A stretch of 63,484 nucleotides of DNA, taken from IMG/VR virus record IMGVR_UViG_3300018875_000006, positions 1-63,484 of that record. The stretch is one strand, 5' to 3'. The notes below the pieces were generated by a model. The model was not told the origin of the DNA. It saw only the letters and a program-made list of their open reading frames with translations, and did not search any database. The DNA is from a virus (taxonomy: Duplodnaviria; Caudoviricetes). Position numbers and translations under genes: made by a program. Positions 19,246-29,224 of this stretch are shown one piece after another; the stretch's first letter is position 1, and the number at the start of each line of letters is the position of its first letter.

Positions 19246-19644
19246 TCAGGAGACCGGGTGACAGAAGATTTCGTAGGTCGCCCCGACACGGCGAAGGGCG
19301 GTGTTCTCGTAGGGGCGAACCGCGGGTCGGGAGATCGTGCCCGTCCGGCCGAACACCGCGGTGTGAGTGCTGCTGCCCCGCAGTTCGGTGAGCACCCAGC
19401 CGCGAATCTGCGCGGCTAGGGCGATCGCGTCGGCGCGGGTGGAGTGGTAGACGTCGATGTCGACGAACGACCGGTCCAGACGGATCCCGTCGTCGTCACC
19501 GCCGGACACCTGCACCTGCACGGTCGGCAGCTCCGCCGCGAGGTCGTTGTCGAGTTCGTCGCGCACCACCACGCCGTCGCCGAGGAACGCGCGCAAGGCG
19601 ACCATCACCTCCAGCTCGACGTCGACCGAGCCGACGGCGGCCAT
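19246..19644 (-). CDS. Tail terminator protein
   Basis: MAAVGSVDVE...; just upstream of major tail gene. Confidence 0.75.
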   Translation of the reverse strand: MAAVGSVDVELEVMVALRAFLGDGVVVRDELDNDLAAELPTVQVQVSGGDDDGIRLDRSFVDIDVYHSTRADAIALAAQIRGWVLTELRGSSTHTAVFGRTGTISRPAVRPYENTALRRVGATYEIFCHPVS

Positions 19645-19970
19645 CAGTCGCCGCCCGACGCTGCGGCCCGCAGCAGCACGTGGTGGGCAGGGACGCGCTC
19701 GGTGCCGTACTCCACCCAGCGGGCGTAATAAGTGCCGTTCCGCACGTAGGCGACGGCACGGTCCCGGCGGTGGCCACCGCGTCTCGTGCTCGACACCTCC
19801 CAGGCGCCCTTGTACTGGCCCGGGTGCGGGTCGCGGGCAGAGCCCACCGGTGAGATCGCGACAGCCATCGCCTTGATGCCTTCTGCGCGGCGTACCAGGT
19901 CGCCGCGGATCATCTCTGATCGAAGCAACTGACCCACGCCCTTCTTCTTCAGCTTGAACCGGGCTGCCAT
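19644..19970 (-). CDS. HK97 gp10-like neck protein
   Basis: GQYKGAW...YARWVEYGT motif. Confidence 0.8.
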   Translation of the reverse strand: MAARFKLKKKGVGQLLRSEMIRGDLVRRAEGIKAMAVAISPVGSARDPHPGQYKGAWEVSSTRRGGHRRDRAVAYVRNGTYYARWVEYGTERVPAHHVLLRAAASGGD

Positions 19971-19978
19971 GGCACCTC

Positions 19979-20341
19979 CTAGCCGGTGACCCGGTCCGCC
20001 GCGAACTGCACCACGCCGCGCAGCCCGGTGAAGGGGTTGCGGCCCCAGTCGCCGGGCTCGCCAGTGATGTCGCAGACGATCCCGCGGATGCGGACCTTGT
20101 CGGTCGTGAGGATGACGGTTCCGGCGGGGGCGTACACCGTCCACCCCACGATGACCGTGTCACGGCCTTGCTGCTCGGAGCCACCCACCGTCGGCGTCTG
20201 CTCCCTCGGGGTGACGACGCAGCCCGGCACGTCAAAGGACTCGTCCGGGCCGGGCAGCGGCTGCCCGCGCGGATCCCGCCCGGGTGAGGGACCGGTGCGC
20301 AGGATCCGCACTGTCTCCCCGAACGGATACGGGGCGGGCAC
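19979..20341 (-). CDS. Head-to-tail stopper
   Basis: Position; beta-rich 120 aa. Confidence 0.72.
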   Translation of the reverse strand: MPAPYPFGETVRILRTGPSPGRDPRGQPLPGPDESFDVPGCVVTPREQTPTVGGSEQQGRDTVIVGWTVYAPAGTVILTTDKVRIRGIVCDITGEPGDWGRNPFTGLRGVVQFAADRVTG

Positions 20342-20755
20342 CTACACCCACCCCCAGCCCGGCTCCCACTCCAGCGGCGGACCGGAGTCGTCGATCGGAT
20401 ACGTCGGCGACGGGTCCGCCGTGGCAGGCGTCGGGTCCACGGTGAACGCCCCTCCCCGGCCCGCCAGCGCCTTCAGCGCCGTCTTGTCGGCCTTCGTCAG
20501 GTACAGGCCTCCGGAACCCTGGGGTCGCTGCACCGACATGGGGCCGATCGTCTCGTAAGAGACCTGCTGAGGGTTGACGTAGGCCCGTCCGGCGGCTGAC
20601 AGGACCACCGCGGTGGCCTGGTCCGGGAGCGGCTTCACCACCGTCTCGCACAAGGCGATCGCCTGCTGGATCAGCAGCTCCGCTCGCGGCCCGCTGATCT
20701 CCGGCAGGTCCAGGTAGAGGGCCAGTTGCTCGGCCGTCGGGGTCACGAACGCCAT
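20342..20755 (-). CDS. Head-to-tail adaptor
   Basis: RAYVNPQQVSYETIGP...GGLYLT motif. Confidence 0.8.
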   Translation of the reverse strand: MAFVTPTAEQLALYLDLPEISGPRAELLIQQAIALCETVVKPLPDQATAVVLSAAGRAYVNPQQVSYETIGPMSVQRPQGSGGLYLTKADKTALKALAGRGGAFTVDPTPATADPSPTYPIDDSGPPLEWEPGWGWV

Positions 20756-20763
20756 GATCGCTC

Positions 20764-21786
20764 CTAGGCCAGGGCCTCGACGGCCTCACACCAGGCGGCC
20801 AGGTCGGCAGTCGGGTCCAGCTCGGCAGACCGCGCCCGGGCCCGTTTCGACGCCAGCCGGTACTCGGCCGGCACAAGCAGCTTGCGCAGCACCGCCTCGT
20901 AGCCGTCCAGATCGTTGCGGTCGACGAACACGCCCGCCTCGCCCAGCGACTCGCACAGGCCCGGCGTCGGGTGGGCCACCACGGGGATGCCCGAAGCGAG
21001 CGCCTCGACGCCGACCCGTCCCCACGACTCATACGAGGACGGCATCAGCAGCACCCGCGTGCGGCCGTACACCTTCTCCCGCATGTCCTCCCCACGGACG
21101 TGGTCGAGCACCGTCACGTTGGGCAGGTCCGGGAGGATCTGCTCCCCGTAGGCGCCACGCACGGCGAGGAACTGTTGATCCGGCATCCGGCGGGCCAAGG
21201 CCTCGAAGATCTTCCCGCCCTTGGCCTCGTTGCAGTTGATCAGTGTGATGGCCTTGCCGGGTCGCGTCCGGTACTCGTCGGCGAACACCGGAGGCCGCAC
21301 GATCAGCGACGCCCCGGGCCGCACGGCCTTCGGGTATTCGGCGAAGAACAGCTCCGCCTCCCGCTCCATCCAGTGGCTGTTGTAGACCGCCAGGGCGGTC
21401 CCGCCGGCAGCCATGTCACGGAACGTCGGCCGGTGCGTGTTGTGGCAGATCACCACCACCGGCTTGCCGTAGCCGCGGGCCAGCGCACTGGTCGACGGCA
21501 CGCATTCCAGATGCGAGACCAGCACGTGCGCCTGGCGGACCGCCGAGGGGAAATCCAGGCGGGCCTCCAACGGCACCACACGGATGCCCCGGTACTCGTA
21601 GACCTTGCTGGCCTTGCCGTACCGGGACAGCCACACCTGCACATCGTGCCCGCGCTCCACTAGAGGCCGCAGCATCGACACGAGCATGTGCTCGGCGCCC
21701 GCATTGTGCTCCGGCGGCATCGCGTGCACGCGGGCCACGATACGGAGCGCGGTCCCGCCCGGCGCGGAAGCCGGGACCGCCCCCAT
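20764..21786 (-). CDS. GT-B (GT4-like) glycosyltransferase
   Basis: NAGAEH, LVERGHDV, LMPSSYESWGRVGVEALASGIPVV (E-X7-E) motif. Confidence 0.9.
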   Translation of the reverse strand: MGAVPASAPGGTALRIVARVHAMPPEHNAGAEHMLVSMLRPLVERGHDVQVWLSRYGKASKVYEYRGIRVVPLEARLDFPSAVRQAHVLVSHLECVPSTSALARGYGKPVVVICHNTHRPTFRDMAAGGTALAVYNSHWMEREAELFFAEYPKAVRPGASLIVRPPVFADEYRTRPGKAITLINCNEAKGGKIFEALARRMPDQQFLAVRGAYGEQILPDLPNVTVLDHVRGEDMREKVYGRTRVLLMPSSYESWGRVGVEALASGIPVVAHPTPGLCESLGEAGVFVDRNDLDGYEAVLRKLLVPAEYRLASKRARARSAELDPTADLAAWCEAVEALA

Positions 21787-22745
21787 CAGGACCCCGACGG
21801 GGTGCCGGTGAACTTGACGAACGCCTCGGCGTCGCCCAGGACGAAGCCGTAGTACGCCTCGGCGAGGAGCAGCACCAGGTTCTCCTGGAACGCGGAGTGG
21901 ACCGCGCCGTCCTCGTCGATGTACGTAGCCTCACGGGACAGCTTGATGGAGATGTCCATGCCGACGCCGTAGGCGGCCTGCGAGAAGTCGCCGCCGATGG
22001 CGCGCAGCCCCGAGTCGACCGAGGTGGACTGGCGGCGCAGCTTGCCGGAGACGCTGCGAGAGTAGGCGATCGGCTCGCCGATCAGCTCGCCCTGCAGCGC
22101 CGCGCCAGTGCCGGCGCCGGGCTGACGGGTTGCCACGAACAGCGGCTCACCCGTGGTGGACGTGGCGGCGAGGAGCTTCGGCTTCAGCCGGTTGTCGGCG
22201 ACGGTACCGGTGTAGTCCCAGTCGTCGTCGATGATCTCCTCCATGCCGGCGACGAAGTCGCCCCAGATGCCGCCCTGGTTCTGCGCGGTCGTGCCGAGCG
22301 AGACGGCCTTGGAAGTGGCGGCCAGGTAGTCGACGAAGGGGCCGGTGCCGCCCTTCATGTTCTTGCCGTGGATCGTCGCCATGTCGAAGGCCCGGGCGAA
22401 CGCGGTCGGCAGGTCCCGCTGCAGCTGCGTCCACAACCCAGCCGCGTTGGAGTTCGCGACCTCCATCGACACGGGGATGAGCACGGCGATCTTCTTGCCG
22501 CTCATCTGCTTGACCTCGACACCGCCTGAGCTGAGCGGCTTACGGCCACCCTCGGACACCCAGTCTGCAGTCGGCACGTCCAGCGGCACCGGCACCGCGG
22601 TGTTCGCCGTCATCGACAGCGGCACCCGGCGGGCCAGCGACATCACGGCAGAGCCTTCGACGGACTTCTCGAAGATCGGGCCGACCAGCGTCTCCGGAAG
22701 GAAGATCGGGTCGATGGTGGACAGCTTGATGGGATTCGTCGCCAT
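21786..22745 (-). CDS. Major capsid protein (HK97 fold)
   Basis: WVSEGGRKP, KIAVLIPVS, GDFSQ, FQENLV motifs; follows scaffold gene. Confidence 0.93.
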   Translation of the reverse strand: MATNPIKLSTIDPIFLPETLVGPIFEKSVEGSAVMSLARRVPLSMTANTAVPVPLDVPTADWVSEGGRKPLSSGGVEVKQMSGKKIAVLIPVSMEVANSNAAGLWTQLQRDLPTAFARAFDMATIHGKNMKGGTGPFVDYLAATSKAVSLGTTAQNQGGIWGDFVAGMEEIIDDDWDYTGTVADNRLKPKLLAATSTTGEPLFVATRQPGAGTGAALQGELIGEPIAYSRSVSGKLRRQSTSVDSGLRAIGGDFSQAAYGVGMDISIKLSREATYIDEDGAVHSAFQENLVLLLAEAYYGFVLGDAEAFVKFTGTPSGS

Positions 22746-22760
22746 CGGGGGCTACCTCTC

Positions 22761-23357
22761 TCAGTGGCCCCGTGCGAGGCCCTGGTTCAGGAAGGCGGCG
22801 AACTCGGCCGCCGGATCGTTGGGGGTTCGGTTGCCGTTGCCCGAGGAGCCCTGCGTGCGGTCCGCCTTCGGGGCCCGCGGTGAGGTGTCGGCCGGCTTGG
22901 CGAGGTGCGGCTTGCGCTTCAGCAGGTCCTTCAGGTCCTGCTGGATTGCCGCGGTGTCGACGTCGCCGTCTTCGTCCACGTAGGAGTTGAGGTCGAGGAA
23001 CGCGTGGGCGTCCTCCGGGTCGGCGAACTCGGTCGCCGCCAGGGCCTTCACCTCGGATCGGACAGCGCGCTGCCGGAAGGACTGGATGCGCTGCTCGGCC
23101 GCAGTGAGCTGCTCGGTGAGCCGCTCCTGTTCCGACTTCTGTGCGTCCTCCAGTTCCCGCGCCTTCTGAGCCAAGGGCTTGGTCTCCTGGTACTTCGTGC
23201 GCCATCCGGCGGACTCCTTGCGGAGCTTCTCGATCTCCTTGCGGGCCGCCTCCGGGTCCGCCCACGGATCCGCCTTCGCCTGCTCCGCCTCCGGGGCGGG
23301 CTCGGTCTCCTGCGGCTCCATCTCGACCTGCTCGGTCGTCTCCTCGTTCTCGGGCAT
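22761..23357 (-). CDS. Capsid scaffolding protein
   Basis: Acidic coiled coil, KSEQERL motif; directly upstream of capsid gene. Confidence 0.85.
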   Translation of the reverse strand: MPENEETTEQVEMEPQETEPAPEAEQAKADPWADPEAARKEIEKLRKESAGWRTKYQETKPLAQKARELEDAQKSEQERLTEQLTAAEQRIQSFRQRAVRSEVKALAATEFADPEDAHAFLDLNSYVDEDGDVDTAAIQQDLKDLLKRKPHLAKPADTSPRAPKADRTQGSSGNGNRTPNDPAAEFAAFLNQGLARGH

Positions 23358-23416
23358 GGTGAAGTCGCCCTCCAGGGGCTGAGAGAGGCCGCCACCGGGA
23401 CGGCCATAGGGGTTGG

Positions 23417-24190
23417 TCAGCGCGAGCTCGGCAGCGGGTTGCTGTCGTGCTCAGCGAGCGCCAGGCGGAACCGCCTGAGCTGATCACCCGAATGGGGCGC
23501 CGCGTATTCGCGGTAGATGCGCTCCCACTCGCGGGCCTGCGGAGACAGCTCGAAACGCTGCCCCCGAAACACCGGGATCACGCCGCAGTGGCAGCCGTCG
23601 TGCGCCCGGAAATCTGCCGTGTCCTGCGCGTACACCGCGCCGCGCAACGCGAGCATCTTGCAGAAGGTGCACGCCCCGAAGGCCGCCGAACGGGCCCACG
23701 CCGTGGCCTGCCGGTCCTGCCGCACCGCCTCCCGGACGGTGCCGCGTCCCGTGTCCGCGACCAACTTCTGCGCCACCAGCTCGGCCTTCTTCTCGGCCTG
23801 CACCAGGCGGACATCCATCGGCTGCAACTGGGCTGGCGTCGCCTCCTCCGGCTCCCGCGGCCACAGATCCTTGACCGCCCACCGCAGCGACTCCTCCGTC
23901 TGCTGCTCGGGCGGCGGATCCGCCAACGGCACCGCGAACGCCCCCGGCACCCCGGCGACCTCCCGCTGCCCGTCGTAGAAGTCGGCCGCCAAGGACGCCG
24001 ACACCCTCGCGTACTGGGCGATCACCGCGTCCATCGCCGTCAGCCAGTCAGGAACGGACTCGCGCAGCCGCTGGGGCAGGATCAGCCGCCGCAAGCGCCG
24101 CACATCCCGCACCAGCAGCCGTGTCAAGCCGACCTGCGCCGCCCGGTAGCGATTCGCGTCGTCACTGCTGTCCGAGACCGTCGTCGCCAC
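23417..24190 (-). CDS. Minor head / maturation protein (MuF-like)
   Basis: ACTFCKMLALRG and HDGCHC motifs; follows portal. Confidence 0.8.
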   Translation of the reverse strand: MATTVSDSSDDANRYRAAQVGLTRLLVRDVRRLRRLILPQRLRESVPDWLTAMDAVIAQYARVSASLAADFYDGQREVAGVPGAFAVPLADPPPEQQTEESLRWAVKDLWPREPEEATPAQLQPMDVRLVQAEKKAELVAQKLVADTGRGTVREAVRQDRQATAWARSAAFGACTFCKMLALRGAVYAQDTADFRAHDGCHCGVIPVFRGQRFELSPQAREWERIYREYAAPHSGDQLRRFRLALAEHDSNPLPSSR

Positions 24191-25598
24191 CGGTCACCTC
24201 CGCAGCCGACGGCACCTCGCCCGCGCCGCCCAGCGCAGCCAGCCGCTTCATGAGCTGCCCGCCAGCCGCAGCGCCGGCGCTGCGGCGCCGTTCGGCCGCC
24301 ACCCGGCGCCGCTGGTCCTCAGACAGGCCCGCCATCTCCAGCACGACGTCGCCGTCGGCCGGCAGGATCCCGGCCTGAACCATCTTGACCGCGGCGTCCG
24401 TCTGGGCCGCGATCGTCGGGGTGGCAGGGTTCCGCCACACGCACTCGATGCGGCGTTCCTTCGGCGGCGGCTCGCCGTCCCGGAACCAGATCGCGAGCCG
24501 CATGGCGTCCCGATGCGTCGCCCCGAAGCGGCGGATCCGCCGTTCGGCCTTCTTCACCAGCATCGCCTCAGACGAGCGGATCGCGTCCGCCGAGGCCGGG
24601 TTGTCGCTGGTGTAACCCAGCATGTGCGGCGGCAGACCCAGCTGCGTCGCCATGATCCGCGCATACAGGTCAATGATCTTCGTCTGGCCGGACGGGTCAT
24701 GCGCCGCGAACTGGCCGACCGTCGGCACGTCACCGTTTTCGTCCCGTTCCAGCGCCAGCACGCGCCCGATGTACGTCTCCCACGCACTCTTGGCGTTGCC
24801 CTCAGCATCCTGGAAGGCGCTCTCCGACACACCCAGGATGTAGCGCTGCGGCGCCTGAAAGAACTCCGCGCCGACCTCGATGCCCATGAGCCGGCGGCAC
24901 GCCGCATCCGTGATCGACATGACCTCGGGCGTGATCTCCGACTTCCCGACCCGATCCGCGGTGCGCTGCCGGTTCGCCATCCGCAACACCGGCACGATCC
25001 CCAGATTGTGGATGTCACGGTCCAGGACTTCCCAGCCGCCATCGACCTCGGCCGCCAGGATCTTCTGGTTCGGGAGATCGAGCGTGACGATCCGGACCCC
25101 GTCCTCCACGGACTCGCGAAGCGCCGACGTCGCCATCCGAAGCCGCGCATCCCAGAACATCGTCATGTCCAGAGGACTTTCGAAGGTGATCAGCGGTGGG
25201 CCGTCACCCTCACCCGAGCCGACCGCCACGTACTCGCGGCCGTAGGTCAGCGCATCCAGATGCGCCAACGACGCCTCGTCGTACAAGTCGTTCGACTCAG
25301 CGATCTCCTCCAAGTCGGAGGCATCCGCGCCGTCCGCCCAGCGAAACGCCTCCAAGTCAAGACGCTGCTCCAGCGCCTCGACGCCGATACGCGGCCAGCC
25401 GATCACCGTGTGCAGGCCCTTGAGCTGCGGGGGAATCGCGATGCCGAGATCCCGCACAAGCTGCCCGCCGTTGAAGTACGCGTCCAGCAACTGCAGCTTG
25501 AAACGCTGCGACAGCAGATCCGAGCGCAGCGCCGTCAACAGGTCCAGCTCGTCCGGCGACAGCGACAGGAGCGGCAACTCGGGAATGACCGCAGTCAT
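24162..25598 (-). CDS. Portal protein (SPP1 gp6-like)
   Basis: GWPRIGVEAL, GKSEI, PQRY, NPASADAI motifs. Confidence 0.9.
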   Translation of the reverse strand: MTAVIPELPLLSLSPDELDLLTALRSDLLSQRFKLQLLDAYFNGGQLVRDLGIAIPPQLKGLHTVIGWPRIGVEALEQRLDLEAFRWADGADASDLEEIAESNDLYDEASLAHLDALTYGREYVAVGSGEGDGPPLITFESPLDMTMFWDARLRMATSALRESVEDGVRIVTLDLPNQKILAAEVDGGWEVLDRDIHNLGIVPVLRMANRQRTADRVGKSEITPEVMSITDAACRRLMGIEVGAEFFQAPQRYILGVSESAFQDAEGNAKSAWETYIGRVLALERDENGDVPTVGQFAAHDPSGQTKIIDLYARIMATQLGLPPHMLGYTSDNPASADAIRSSEAMLVKKAERRIRRFGATHRDAMRLAIWFRDGEPPPKERRIECVWRNPATPTIAAQTDAAVKMVQAGILPADGDVVLEMAGLSEDQRRRVAAERRRSAGAAAGGQLMKRLAALGGAGEVPSAAEVTGGDDGLGQQ

Positions 25599-27268
25599 CG
25601 CAGCACCACCACCCTCCCAGCGCGCGCCTTCTTCTTGCCGAGCCCCTTGGCCAGCGCGTCGACCCGGCACTGCCACGCGAGGACCGCAGCCACAGCGGCA
25701 TCGATCTTGCGGGGTGACTCCGGATGCTCCTTGGCGATCTGGATACCGGACCGCGACTCGCGCCGCCGCGCGTTCAGGATGTGCCTCGTCAGAACGCTCG
25801 AACCGTCATGCGTCAGCTCCCCGTCCACGACCGACGAGCGGAACTTTTCCAGCGCCCGCACAATCTGCACCGCCCGTCCACCCGTCATCCACCACTCGAT
25901 CGGGTGCTGCATCGACGACTTCACCTTGAGGCGACGCCCATGCTTCGCCTCAAGAGCCGCGATGTGCGACTCCCACTTCGCCGGGTCCGCGTACATGCCG
26001 ACCACTCGGTAGTTCCGGAAGGCGTCCTCCACTGCGGCCAGAACCTCGACAGTGGGCACCTGCCAGTCGGCGCCGAACGGGCCATCCGGCTGCTCCCAGC
26101 AGCCCAGCAGGAAGAGGTGCCCATCCGACACGCGGCAGCCCACCAGTGCGGTCGCATCCGTCACCCCGCGCGAGCGTCGTCGCGAGCCATCGAAACCGAG
26201 AACGATCTCATCCCGGTCCCCGACAACCTTCTCCGGCGCCGCCACAGCCGCCCACTCCGGTTGGCTGATCCAGCCGTCCGTGGCGTGTGTGACCTGGTTG
26301 AGGTAGTAGCGGCGGGCATCCTGGGGATCCGTATCCGGGTCCCAGTACTCCGCCAGCAGGCGCCGCAGATTCACCCAGCCACCGTTGCGGTCCGCCGAGT
26401 CGCCGTAAGCCACTGCCAGCCCGTCCAGCAGCGAGCGCTCCTCGGCCGGGTCCGTATCTGCCGGCGCCTCACGATGGTCGAAGAGAAGGCCCTCGTCGAG
26501 CTTCAGCTTGCCTTCCTGCTGCTTCTTCCACGCCTCGAACGACCTCTCGGCTACAGACTCCTCTCCCGGGATAAAGGCGTTCGGCGTCTCGACGGAGCAG
26601 CCGTTCACCTTGCCCAAGTTGCGGCGGATCGTGGCAGCCAACTTCCGACCTCCGTTGGAGGGGATCCACGACTCCGTCTGGTCCATCGCCGAGAACACCG
26701 GTCGGAACCCCTCTCGGCTCGTGCCCGAGCTGGTGACGAACTCGATGCGTCCGCGAGGAACGTTGACGAAGCTCTCCATCGGCTCAATGTCGTAGGCGTC
26801 GAGCACGGGCCCGCCGCGCGCCATCTCCAGCAGCGGATCCCATGTGTTCGCCGTCTGATCTTCCGATACAGCGACGATCTGCACCTTCGCCTTGAACCCC
26901 AGCGAGGTCCAAGGGCGCCCGACCGGCTCCCCGTCCGCATCCCAGCCGTCCGGAACAACATCCGCCAGAGCCTCAGCAAGACACAGAGCTGCGACCAGAG
27001 GCGACTTCCCCCAGCCCTTCGGGCGCGAGAGAACGGCCCGCCGAATCTTGCGTCCGTTACGCAGAGCGCGCCCCCCGACGGCCGGCCCCTTGAAGTCGGG
27101 GTCGATCGCGTACAACTGCAGGACGAACATCGCCTGCTCATCGGTGAACTCCAGCGGCTCACCAGCAGCCGGGCCGTCCGGAACGATCAGGTTGTCCGCG
27201 ATCCAGCCCAGCACCTGGTAGCCGAGAGTCGGCACCTCTCCGGGATAGGAAGGTCCGCGCCAAGGCAT
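25595..27268 (-). CDS. Terminase large subunit
   Basis: RPKGWGKS Walker A; GFDGS and KIDAAVA nuclease motifs. Confidence 0.93.
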   Translation of the reverse strand: MPWRGPSYPGEVPTLGYQVLGWIADNLIVPDGPAAGEPLEFTDEQAMFVLQLYAIDPDFKGPAVGGRALRNGRKIRRAVLSRPKGWGKSPLVAALCLAEALADVVPDGWDADGEPVGRPWTSLGFKAKVQIVAVSEDQTANTWDPLLEMARGGPVLDAYDIEPMESFVNVPRGRIEFVTSSGTSREGFRPVFSAMDQTESWIPSNGGRKLAATIRRNLGKVNGCSVETPNAFIPGEESVAERSFEAWKKQQEGKLKLDEGLLFDHREAPADTDPAEERSLLDGLAVAYGDSADRNGGWVNLRRLLAEYWDPDTDPQDARRYYLNQVTHATDGWISQPEWAAVAAPEKVVGDRDEIVLGFDGSRRRSRGVTDATALVGCRVSDGHLFLLGCWEQPDGPFGADWQVPTVEVLAAVEDAFRNYRVVGMYADPAKWESHIAALEAKHGRRLKVKSSMQHPIEWWMTGGRAVQIVRALEKFRSSVVDGELTHDGSSVLTRHILNARRRESRSGIQIAKEHPESPRKIDAAVAAVLAWQCRVDALAKGLGKKKARAGRVVVLR

Positions 27269-27272
27269 CGGA

Positions 27273-27761
27273 TCACCCCCCGGAAGACTTGCCCTCCTCG
27301 CCAGGCTTCACGACCCGCAGCTTCGCGTACCGGGCCTTCGCCGCCTCCGTACCCGACGACCCCTTACCGCCGTCAGCGTCATCAGCCTCCGCGAACGCCA
27401 TCCGAAGCCGCGCCCGGTCCTCCATCGTGGCGCCATGCTTCGCCACCCGAAGCCGCAGCTCCGCTGCCACCGACACGTCACCGCGCCAGAACCGGGCATG
27501 GATCAGCGCCGTGTCCAGCAGGAAGTCCCAGTCTGTGGATCCGAAGTGCTCCGCCTGCGGCGAGTCGATCCACATCTGCCACCACTCGCGCGTGCGCTCG
27601 GGCCAGATGAACTCGACCAGCTCGCCATCCTTCTCGATCCGGAAGTCGGGCAGCTCGGGCGCCTCGGCTCGCTCGAAGCGGAGGATCGTCTGCGGCTGCG
27701 CCTCCTTGTTCCGGCGCGCCCGGCGGGAGGGGTCCTTCGGGGCCGGCCCCACGCCTGCCAT
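27273..27761 (-). CDS. Terminase small subunit
   Basis: GPAPK...ELRLRVAKHGATMEDRARLRM; directly upstream of TerL. Confidence 0.85.
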   Translation of the reverse strand: MAGVGPAPKDPSRRARRNKEAQPQTILRFERAEAPELPDFRIEKDGELVEFIWPERTREWWQMWIDSPQAEHFGSTDWDFLLDTALIHARFWRGDVSVAAELRLRVAKHGATMEDRARLRMAFAEADDADGGKGSSGTEAAKARYAKLRVVKPGEEGKSSGG

Positions 27762-27858
27762 TCAGACCACCTCCCAGAATCCCAGACCCGTACAGAAGGA
27801 CAGCGGCAATACGTCCCCGATCCGGAAAGATCATGGGAGGGGGTTTTCCCCCAGGTGA

Positions 27859-28398
27859 TCATGAGAGCTTGATCGGCTCGACTTGATCGATGATCTTGTC
27901 ACACTTGCGGCTGTTGCATCCCAGGTGGGCGCTCTGCACGTTGGCCATGCTGTGAGCTCCTCCCAGCGCGAGCGGAACGACGTGATCCACTGACGCACTC
28001 ATCGGGTCTGGCCACGCGACCTCAGGGTCGATGGGTAGACCGCACAGCTGGCATGTCCATCCGTCCCTGGCGTGCACAGTGGCCGGCACGACAAGCTCAC
28101 CCTGGCTCGCCTGCTCAACCCTCATGCGTCGGCGCGCATCGTAGGCTGCTGCAGCTGCTGGGTAGAGCTGCCTCCAGTGGCCACGCTCCTCGCGCCTCTG
28201 CCTGTGGTACACGCGCTGGGCTTCACCGTGCTTGTGGCTGGTGTACCACTGGCCATGCTCAGCCTGGTACTCACGCTGCCACTTGCGCATGCGCTCAGCG
28301 TTGAAGGCCCGCTTACAGTCGGGCTTCCCGCACTGCTTGCGCCTCGGGTTGGTCATGGGATCGCTGCAGTAGGGACAGGCTCGCGTAGCCTGGGTCAT
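27859..28398 (-). CDS. HNH endonuclease with N-terminal Zn finger
   Basis: CPYC...CGKPDC; RDGWTCQLC, DHVVP...N...H..CN. Confidence 0.88.
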   Translation of the reverse strand: MTQATRACPYCSDPMTNPRRKQCGKPDCKRAFNAERMRKWQREYQAEHGQWYTSHKHGEAQRVYHRQRREERGHWRQLYPAAAAAYDARRRMRVEQASQGELVVPATVHARDGWTCQLCGLPIDPEVAWPDPMSASVDHVVPLALGGAHSMANVQSAHLGCNSRKCDKIIDQVEPIKLS

Positions 28399-28496
28399 GT
28401 CGCTCCTGTCGTGTCAGGGTCGGCCATTGCCCCGGGAGCGTTGGCCCGCTCGCCGGGGCTTCATCTTCCCAACCGACACTGACAGCGGCGCCGTCT

Positions 28497-28721
28497 TCAT
28501 CGGCTCCGGCCCACATTGCGTCGGTCACCGGGCCAGACGCCGGTTCGTTCGCGGTGGATGCGGGCGCAGTAGCCCTTCGCCCGGGCGCCGAGGTACTTGT
28601 GCAGCTGCCTCGTGCACCTGGTGTAGTCGCCGGGCGAGCCCCACCTGATCTTGGCCGCGCCTCGGCCTTGGCCCCAGTACCGCTTCAGCGTCGCGGCGCT
28701 GCCGCCCTTGCTCCTTGCCAC
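28497..28721 (-). CDS. Small basic hypothetical protein
   Basis: LKRYW...AAKIRWGSPGDYTRC...GYCARIH...TGVWPG. Confidence 0.72.
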   Translation of the reverse strand: MARSKGGSAATLKRYWGQGRGAAKIRWGSPGDYTRCTRQLHKYLGARAKGYCARIHRERTGVWPGDRRNVGRSR

Positions 28722-28727
28722 AGTGGA

Positions 28728-28934
28728 TCACTCCTCGTGTGGCGCGGGCTCCTGTTCGTCTACCCGCTGGATGGACGCTCCTTGCCCGCTGGGGATGGCG
28801 AGGCAGACGCCTCGGTCGTCGGCGAGGATGGCCCAGCCGGCTTCGAACGTGAGGGTAAGGGCGGGGTCCTCGACAAGGACGTCGTCCCGGCGTTGATCGC
28901 GGGGGTGGACGATGAGATAGGCCGGCATCTTCAC
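28728..28934 (-). CDS. Hypothetical protein
   Basis: GTGA-coupled to HNH gene. Confidence 0.65.
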   Translation of the reverse strand: MKMPAYLIVHPRDQRRDDVLVEDPALTLTFEAGWAILADDRGVCLAIPSGQGASIQRVDEQEPAPHEE

Positions 28935-29224
28935 CTCAGCCCAGGGTGTTGTTCGGGTGGCCGCTTCCGTCCGGGCCGGGGGGTGGCGCGCTGGGCAGCG
29001 TTCCCTTCAGCGCTGGACTTGCGGTCGTGGCATGGGCCGCAGACGCCTTGGAGTCCTTGCTCGCTGTGGTCGTCGGCCTTGGCCACGATGTGGTCGCAGC
29101 GGGTCGAGGGGCGCACGCCGCACAGCTTGCAGATGGGATCGCGCTCCAGGATGCGGGCCCGGATCCTTGCCCAGCCGGACGGGAGCCGGGCCTTGCGATC
29201 CGAGCCCTGCCAGCCGCCGCTCAT
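28931..29224 (-). CDS. Packaging-associated HNH endonuclease (HK97 gp74-like)
   Basis: ILERDPICKLC...DHI...CGPCHDRKS. Confidence 0.87.
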   Translation of the reverse strand: MSGGWQGSDRKARLPSGWARIRARILERDPICKLCGVRPSTRCDHIVAKADDHSEQGLQGVCGPCHDRKSSAEGNAAQRATPRPGRKRPPEQHPGLR

